Virus record (IMG/VR): IMGVR_UViG_2974544868_000001
Coordinates: 64,001-76,239 of that record
From: a virus
Lineage: Duplodnaviria; Heunggongvirae; Uroviricota; Caudoviricetes; Schitoviridae
Strand: one strand, 5' to 3'
Length of the DNA: 12,239 bases
Position numbers and translations under genes: made by a program. Position 1 is the stretch's first letter, and each line of letters begins with the position of its first letter. The notes under the pieces are model-generated. The model saw nothing but the letters and a program-made list of their open reading frames with translations. It was not told the origin of the DNA and did no database searches. This document shows positions 7,395 through 12,239 of the stretch, piece by piece.

Positions 7395-8098
7395 CAGATG
7401 AAGCCCCTCTTTTCGAATCGGGTATTGGTGGGTGCAGTCGAAGTCTGCACAGCATCATGTTGCTCGGCTTCATTGCAGAGACGGTCGAACATTGCGAGAT
7501 GTTCTTGCGCCTTCGCAGTGGCCTCAGCAGTCGCCATGTTGGTGTACTTCTTGTAGGCCACGTAAGCCACCAAGGGTTCAACCAAGATGTCGGGGAGCAT
7601 GATCTCTTGACTCAGATCCCCGTTGGCCAACAGCTTCGGATGCCTTGCTTGATACGTGATGTTCAGAGCCTGTCCCGGAATCGGGTGAGGAACTTGCAGC
7701 ACGTTCTTCTGTGGGGTGAACAACGAATGCGGGTTGCCATCGTCATTCAGTGGATGGAGGTAGCCGTAGGTGTTGTAGACCTCAAGGATCTTCACCACAT
7801 CACCCTCGAACCGTTCTTCCGGCAGATCGAGAATGTAACGACGCTTCTCCTTGCTATCCGCTTGATGCGGGGAGAACTTACGATCCAAGTGGTAGAAGGT
7901 GGTGATCTCATTCATCTCGATCATGACTTCCTTGCGGATCAGATCGAATTTCGTGAACAGGATCAGCAGTGCATCGTTGGTATGGCTCAGGACTTGTCCA
8001 TGAGCCGTCTCTTCGATGAACCCGCTACCTGCCGTCCCCGGATAGAGAGCGGCATAGGGACCATAAGACAACTTCTCGAAAAGGTCTTCGATGATCAT
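7394..8098 (-). CDS. N4 gp67-like virion protein (head-tail connector/adaptor), 234 aa
   Basis: Size and position directly after terL match N4 gp67. Contains the segments LFEKLSYG, HTNDALLILFTKF, DVVKILEVY, PLNDDGNPHSLFTP...LQVP, YQARHPKL and LVAYVAYK, and the FEKRGFI end typical of this family. Confidence 0.8.
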   Translation of the reverse strand: MIIEDLFEKLSYGPYAALYPGTAGSGFIEETAHGQVLSHTNDALLILFTKFDLIRKEVMIEMNEITTFYHLDRKFSPHQADSKEKRRYILDLPEERFEGDVVKILEVYNTYGYLHPLNDDGNPHSLFTPQKNVLQVPHPIPGQALNITYQARHPKLLANGDLSQEIMLPDILVEPLVAYVAYKKYTNMATAEATAKAQEHLAMFDRLCNEAEQHDAVQTSTAPTNTRFEKRGFI

Positions 8099-8102
8099 CT
8101 GG

Positions 8103-9698
8103 TCACACGACGTAGGAGTTGATAGGAAGCTCCTGTTCCGGAGCCTGTTCTAGTTCCCACCGATCCACTTCATCAGGGGTTGCCGGTGCCGATGCGGAAG
8201 GGAGCCATGGCTTGAAGTAGCCGAGCATGGAGATGGTGTCGATGCAATCGTCCTTTCCCTTGATGCCGGACTGGGTGACCAAACGGATCTGCCCCATGAA
8301 CAAGCCCATGATAACACTCTGCTTCAGTTCTTCAGGGAAGTACATCTTGCCAGCCTTGAACCAAGGCACGACCAGATTGAAGCGGGTCAGCTTGTCGGTG
8401 CTCGGACGGATACCCGGATCACCAGACTTGGAGTTGCTGGCGAAGTTGAACCAGATCTTCCGGTTCATCATCTCAGACTGGAGCCAGGTGATGAAGGCCG
8501 TCTGCTGGCCGCTGACCTCGATACCCACCTGCTGGGGTTCGTACATGGAGACGAACTTGAACAGCTGGTTGATGGACTCATCCATCGTGGTTCGCTTGGC
8601 AAAGCCATCCACCCAGAACCAGTCACCATTGTGGTTGACCGCCCAGACCGAGATCACGCTGTAGTCAGCCGTGGTCTTCTTGCTGGTGGCGAAGTCAGTG
8701 GTGATATAGAAGTTGAAGCTGCTCTTGTTCTCCAACAACTTAGCACGCGAGTACCACCGGATCTCGGCATCCTGCACAAGCCGTTCTTCTTCGGAGGTAA
8801 CACGGAGCATCAGCTCCTGCATGAAGCCTGCGACCTTGCCTGTACCCACTGCCAGCTTGTACTGGCTTTCGATGAAGTCGTAAGTGAATCGATCTTCCCA
8901 TGCACCACGGAACTCGGAACGCTCACAGGGGAATCGTTCGCAGACCGGATACACATTGACGTGCCACTCACCCGACTCGACCGCTTCTACGATCACGTCT
9001 TCCTTGTTGAATGGCGTACCGTTGAAGACGATCTTGCGGCGGGTAGGATCAAGCGCATGGTTCACACCGTTGTAGACCGTGTTCTTGATCGCATCCATGG
9101 CTGCCTTGGAGTTGGCATCGCCATCACCAATCAAGTCATCGAGCACACAGAACGTTGGACGCTTACCGAAGATCTTGGAACCACGGATACCAGTCTGTGC
9201 ACCAAACATCTTGACGCCCAGCTTGTGACCATCGACAGACTCAAACTCCAGATACGGATCAGTGAAGGTTGCCTTCTTGATCCAGCGCTGGAGGAATGGA
9301 CTGTTGTTGTAACGGAACTCGATGTTCTTGCGTGCATTCTTGACGCCGTTCTCCATCGAATCCGACACATAGATCATCGCTTCCACCTTTCCATGTCCGG
9401 GCAGATACCCGAACACTGCGAGGTAGAGCGTCATGTATTCCATGAACAACGTGGTCTTTGCAGCACCACGGAACAGCAGATTCACTAGGTAGTCGTGCGT
9501 GGACTGAGCCAGCTTGTCCAGCATCGCCAAGTGAACTGGGGGAGTCTTGTTTGACTCCCCCTGCTCTCCGTTCACCAGCTTGATGAACGTCATGAACTCC
9601 AGTGCAAATGTGGTCGGCACGTAGTCATTGCTGTTGAGGAAGCCGTAGTCGGCTTCATCCAACCAGTCTTCCAGTGACTTCTTACTGTTGGTCGTCAT
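8103..9698 (-). CDS. terL: Terminase large subunit (N4 gp68-like), about 531 aa
   Basis: Walker A-like FRGAAKTT, Walker B FCVLDDL, coupling motif FNGTPF, nuclease acidic residues YITTDFA and KDDCIDTISM. ATG at 9698 is preferred over the TTG at 9704. No intein or intron is evident. Confidence 0.95.
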   Translation of the reverse strand: MTTNSKKSLEDWLDEADYGFLNSNDYVPTTFALEFMTFIKLVNGEQGESNKTPPVHLAMLDKLAQSTHDYLVNLLFRGAAKTTLFMEYMTLYLAVFGYLPGHGKVEAMIYVSDSMENGVKNARKNIEFRYNNSPFLQRWIKKATFTDPYLEFESVDGHKLGVKMFGAQTGIRGSKIFGKRPTFCVLDDLIGDGDANSKAAMDAIKNTVYNGVNHALDPTRRKIVFNGTPFNKEDVIVEAVESGEWHVNVYPVCERFPCERSEFRGAWEDRFTYDFIESQYKLAVGTGKVAGFMQELMLRVTSEEERLVQDAEIRWYSRAKLLENKSSFNFYITTDFATSKKTTADYSVISVWAVNHNGDWFWVDGFAKRTTMDESINQLFKFVSMYEPQQVGIEVSGQQTAFITWLQSEMMNRKIWFNFASNSKSGDPGIRPSTDKLTRFNLVVPWFKAGKMYFPEELKQSVIMGLFMGQIRLVTQSGIKGKDDCIDTISMLGYFKPWLPSASAPATPDEVDRWELEQAPEQELPINSYVV

Positions 9699-10374
9699 GT
9701 TCAATCACTCGTGCCATGGACATCTCTGCAATCTTCTTGACTGGCATGCCCTCTGCAACCTGCTTCAGCTGAGCGTCTGCGAGGTCACGCATACCCTGAC
9801 GCAGTGCATCCAGACCCGTGTCAGTCACAGTGATGTTGACCAACGGAGCAACGTCCTTCGGCTTGTCAGTGTGAGCCAGTACGGAATTGGCAGCAGTCGT
9901 CTGCACCATCTCACTGGCCGAGTTCTCCATCAACCACAGCTGGCGATTCAATGCCTTCTGTCGTGCTTCCTGATTGATGAGCCAGAAAGGAATGAGTGAC
10001 TGCTCAAGGATGGCTTGAACCAGCTTGCCTTTGTGGTACATGGCCACGTAGGCAGAGATGGTTCGTGCATCCAGACCACGTGCAACCTGATCTGCATGAC
10101 GGGCAGGGAACGTCTTGGCGTAGGACTCGCCATTGCTGTAACCCATCATCTTGTAGGTGCAGTAGGTCACTGCATTGAGGTAGTCCTCTGTCTTGAACTT
10201 CCCTTCCTGTAGCACCTTGGTGTAGCTGATGAAGTTGTCCCGGACCACTTCTGCGATCTCAGGGTCAGCCACGATGTTGTTGATCTTGTCGGCGAACTCT
10301 TGGGTTGCCATCGAACGCAGGCTACGAGGCAATGCCTGCGCCAGCTGTTCCTGAGTCAAAAGTTCATTGCTCAT
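9682..10374 (-). CDS. N4 gp69-like protein, putative terminase small subunit, 230 aa
   Basis: Lies immediately upstream of and overlaps terL. HTH-like region (YLNAVTYCTYKMMGYSNGESYAKTFP); size and position match N4 gp69. The small-terminase function is inferred. Confidence 0.75.
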   Translation of the reverse strand: MSNELLTQEQLAQALPRSLRSMATQEFADKINNIVADPEIAEVVRDNFISYTKVLQEGKFKTEDYLNAVTYCTYKMMGYSNGESYAKTFPARHADQVARGLDARTISAYVAMYHKGKLVQAILEQSLIPFWLINQEARQKALNRQLWLMENSASEMVQTTAANSVLAHTDKPKDVAPLVNITVTDTGLDALRQGMRDLADAQLKQVAEGMPVKKIAEMSMARVIEHDDQQ

Positions 10375-10850
10375 TACTGTGCCTGCTGGCTCTTACGCTT
10401 ACCGTCTTCGTAAGCGATACGGGTGGTCAGGGCATTGAAGTAGGACTGCATAGCAGTGGCCTGCTGTTGCAGCAGCTGGAATTGGATGTCGTCCAGCTGG
10501 GTTGCCCCAGTCTGAAGGAAGCGCAGCAGACTGTTCAGACGGGCATTCAACTCATCGGCCTCATCCTTCATCCGGCCAAGGAAGTCCCTGTTCTCCGAGG
10601 CCAGACGATCAGCCAGCCGGAAGCCGAGGTAGGCCCAGACCTTCTTGACAGCTTCCTCTCGGGCGTACTTGTTGCCGATCTCAGCATTGAAGTTCTCCTT
10701 GCTGACACAGGCCGAGTGGCCATCGACAGTGAAGCCATTGTCCAGCGTCAGCTGGCAGATGGTGGTCCGCCCATCCGGCAGGACGGTGTAGGTCTCTTCA
10801 CGGATCGCAGCTTCGACCTGTTCGATGGTGACGCGGGGAGCACTGCTCAT
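10374..10850 (-). CDS. N4 Gp49/Sf6 Gp66-family domain fused to a C-terminal helical hairpin (crAss001_48-like), 158 aa
   Basis: Start at 10850 follows the AGGAAG SD; the ORF-track start at 11018 overlaps another gene. The N-domain VTIEQVEAAI...TTICQLTLDNGFTVDGHSACVSKENFNAEIG..YAREEAVKKVWAYLGFRL is the Gp49/66 signature. The C-domain is RMKDEADELNARLNSLLRFL...LLQQQATAMQSYFNALTTRI. Confidence 0.85.
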   Translation of the reverse strand: MSSAPRVTIEQVEAAIREETYTVLPDGRTTICQLTLDNGFTVDGHSACVSKENFNAEIGNKYAREEAVKKVWAYLGFRLADRLASENRDFLGRMKDEADELNARLNSLLRFLQTGATQLDDIQFQLLQQQATAMQSYFNALTTRIAYEDGKRKSQQAQ

Positions 10851-10864
10851 GATCTTCTTCCTAT

Positions 10865-11092
10865 TTAGATTTGACGAGCGGAGATGTGAAGCTGGTGGTC
10901 CAGCTCGTTCAGCTTCTTCTGAAGGGCAGCCTTCACCTCTTGGTTCCCGAGGTGCTGCTGATGCTGGATGTAGAAGTCCAGCTTGTGGTCGGCGATCACC
11001 TTCAGATGATCGACCCACTCCTGCTTGGCCTCTATATAAGGAATGGGCTTGATGTGGTCGTAGTCGCCTAACGGGTCTTCACGGGATGGCAT
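10865..11092 (-). CDS. Hypothetical protein, 75 aa, His-rich and predicted helical
   Basis: Fills the gap exactly between two copies of the junction motif; its own TAA is part of the next motif and it has an AGGAAG SD. Confidence 0.8.
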   Translation of the reverse strand: MPSREDPLGDYDHIKPIPYIEAKQEWVDHLKVIADHKLDFYIQHQQHLGNQEVKAALQKKLNELDHQLHISARQI

Positions 11093-11105
11093 GTCTTCTT
11101 CCTAT

Positions 11106-11429
11106 TTACAGTGAGGCAACGGTCTGCTTCTGGAAGTAGGCAGCGAGGTCGAACTCAAACCAGTCGTCCGCCAACAGATCGCCCGTGCTCGGCACCCAGA
11201 CACTGACCTTGCCCTGTGCATTCTTCAGGGCGAAGTAGCCCTCATAGGGAACCAAGTTCGAGGGGAACGCCAGCTTGGCTGCACCCGTCTGGGCCGGGTA
11301 CTCATTGGCCGGGACGTAATAGACGAACTGGTTCTCCCCGTTCCAACCCCGGCGACTCATCGCCAGATTCGCCTTGAGCTTGATCAGGGCGTATTCGAAC
11401 TGACCCTCAGATGCCATCTCAATGTTCAT
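11106..11429 (-). CDS. tad2: DUF2829-family protein (Thoeris anti-defence 2, Tad2-like), 107 aa
   Basis: FEYALIKLKANLAMSRRGWNGENQFVYYVPA...YFALKNAQGKVSVWVPSTGDLLADDW matches the DUF2829 pattern (F..AL..LK.G..V.R.GWNG.....W.PS..D.LA.DW). Start at 11429 follows the SD motif. Confidence 0.88.
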   Translation of the reverse strand: MNIEMASEGQFEYALIKLKANLAMSRRGWNGENQFVYYVPANEYPAQTGAAKLAFPSNLVPYEGYFALKNAQGKVSVWVPSTGDLLADDWFEFDLAAYFQKQTVASL

Positions 11430-11446
11430 GTTCTTCTTCTTCCTAT

Positions 11447-11614
11447 TTAGATCGCATAAGCGAAGGCTGCCACCAGAGCGGCAATGGCGATGGATACCCA
11501 CACGAAGGCTTGGGCATTCAAGACACGGACACGTGCCTCACTCTCGGCAAGACTCGCCTCATGGACTTCCTGCTCCATGCGGTTCGCCTCGTTGTACTCT
11601 TGATGGGTGAACAT
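11447..11614 (-). CDS. Small membrane protein, 55 aa (below the ORF-track cutoff)
   Basis: Manual translation: MFTHQEYNEANRMEQEVHEASLAESEARVRVLNAQAFVWVSIAIAALVAAFAYAI*. Acidic helical N-terminus and C-terminal TM helix. The stop TAA is part of the third junction motif, and the ATG is about 25 nt downstream of the predicted transcription start. Confidence 0.75.
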   Translation of the reverse strand: MFTHQEYNEANRMEQEVHEASLAESEARVRVLNAQAFVWVSIAIAALVAAFAYAI

Positions 11615-11645
11615 TGCTTCCGGCCTTGTGTTGGTTGGAGGCTAG

Positions 11646-11674
11646 ACTTTAGACTCCCCATAGGTAGATGACAA
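11646..11674 (-). promoter_or_regulatory. Sigma70-like promoter driving the accessory cassette and late operon
   Basis: Minus strand TTGTCA (11674-11669), 17-nt spacer, TAAAGT (11651-11646), positioned about 30 nt upstream of the first ATG (11614). Confidence 0.65.
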
Positions 11675-12038
11675 GACTACCCCCAATACCGAGAAGGATG
11701 GGGGTACGGGCAACCTATGCTGGTTCCCAAGGGGGGAACCAAGGAAGGGGGGAATCAGGCTCACAAACCTCTTCCAATTTGTCCTCACCTGTTCTACTCT
11801 TTCCCTGCACGCTGCGCTGCCCGTCACACTCGCTACGTGCTTGCTCCTAGTACCACCATGCGGAACCTTCTTCTTGGTTTCCAGTCAACCCTACCGGGCG
11901 TGGGGACAATAACCACCGGAGCTGGAGCTTCTGGCGTACCTCCTTCCAACAGAACAGCGTTGGTGCAACACAGACGGGATTCTGGTCCCGGCGAGTCAGA
12001 AGTGATCCAGTGGCAGAGCACACTGCCAGACCAAACAG

Positions 12039-12063
12039 ACCCCCGTCTTTACGGGGGTTTTTT
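12039..12063 (+). terminator. Rho-independent terminator on the plus strand
   Basis: ACCCCCGT-CTTT-ACGGGGGT followed by TTTTT; a perfect 8-bp stem plus U-tract. Confidence 0.85.
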
Positions 12064-12239
12064 ATATCCACCCTATCAACTTATGCTGGTAGAGCCTTAT
12101 CCAATTTACCCTCGCTAATTTTTTGGACATCGGGATTGAGATCACTCTCCCACCAAAGGTTATGTTGGTAGGAGAAGACATGAGGATGAGTTGGGGGAGG
12201 CATATGGAAGGTAGCTCAGCTATGTCTGAGTGAGGGTTT

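Larger units (their letters stand above)
10853..11449 (-). repeat. Three exact copies of the 15-mer TAAATAGGAAGAAGA (minus strand) at consecutive gene junctions: 10853-10867, 11094-11108, 11435-11449
   Basis: Read directly from the sequence (plus strand TCTTCTTCCTATTTA). Each copy starts with the upstream gene's TAA, contains the SD AGGA, and is followed 1-5 nt later by the next ATG. Confidence 0.95.

Noticed and set aside
10851-11018. ORF-track N-terminal extensions (10374..11018, 11106..11501, 354..953, 395..826, 2132..3391, 8103..9704)
   Set aside because: Downstream ATGs have proper SD motifs or stop/start overlaps. The extensions overlap neighbouring genes and look non-protein-like.
10853-11449. 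Repeat-spacer pattern as a possible CRISPR array
   Set aside because: The repeat is only 15 nt, the spacers are 226-326 nt whole genes, and there is no palindrome or cas gene.
11800-12063. tRNA gene or hammerhead ribozyme in the structured region
   Set aside because: No T-loop (GTTCRA) or cloverleaf and no CUGANGA/GAAA core in a workable arrangement on either strand.
11668-12118. Small ORFs in the right-hand intergenic region (11717..12118 +, 11833..12021 -, 11847..12071 -, 11642..11827 -)
   Set aside because: They overlap each other, lack a well-spaced SD, have low-complexity composition and run through hairpins or the terminator.
12169-12233. Plus-strand near-copy of the junction motif (TAGGAGAAGACATG) followed by a 17-codon ORF MRMSWGRHMEGSSAMSE
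   Set aside because: It is too short and close to the window edge, the match is a generic purine-rich SD, and nothing else supports translation.
11615-12239. N4 virion RNA polymerase hairpin promoter
   Set aside because: I found no template-strand 5-7 bp stem with a C-GNA-G loop. The closest, TAGC-TCA-GCTA near 12212-12222 and GAGCTGGAGCTTC near 11919-11931, do not fit the consensus.

Overview
Late-gene block of an N4-like (Schitoviridae-type) phage; every credible gene is on the minus strand. Reading right to left in transcription order: a sigma70-like promoter (TTGTCA-N17-TAAAGT), then a four-gene accessory cassette (55-aa membrane ORF missing from the ORF track, DUF2829/Tad2-like protein, 75-aa unknown, Gp49-family protein fused to a helical-hairpin domain) whose three internal junctions carry the same exact 15-nt sequence. 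Next come the putative small terminase, large terminase, N4 gp67-like connector and a five-gene tail module, followed by an intrinsic terminator. The block ends with a lysis cassette (two membrane proteins, SAR-type GH108 endolysin, i-spanin with a fully embedded o-spanin) and the 5' end of the portal gene, truncated by the window. The right-hand ~600 nt has no convincing ORF, is hairpin-rich and contains a plus-strand terminator. The best lead is the accessory cassette, which looks like an array of anti-defence nucleotide-signal 'sponge' proteins with uncharacterised members, translationally coupled to the packaging genes. All family assignments come from recognising motifs by eye and from recall; no database search was run.
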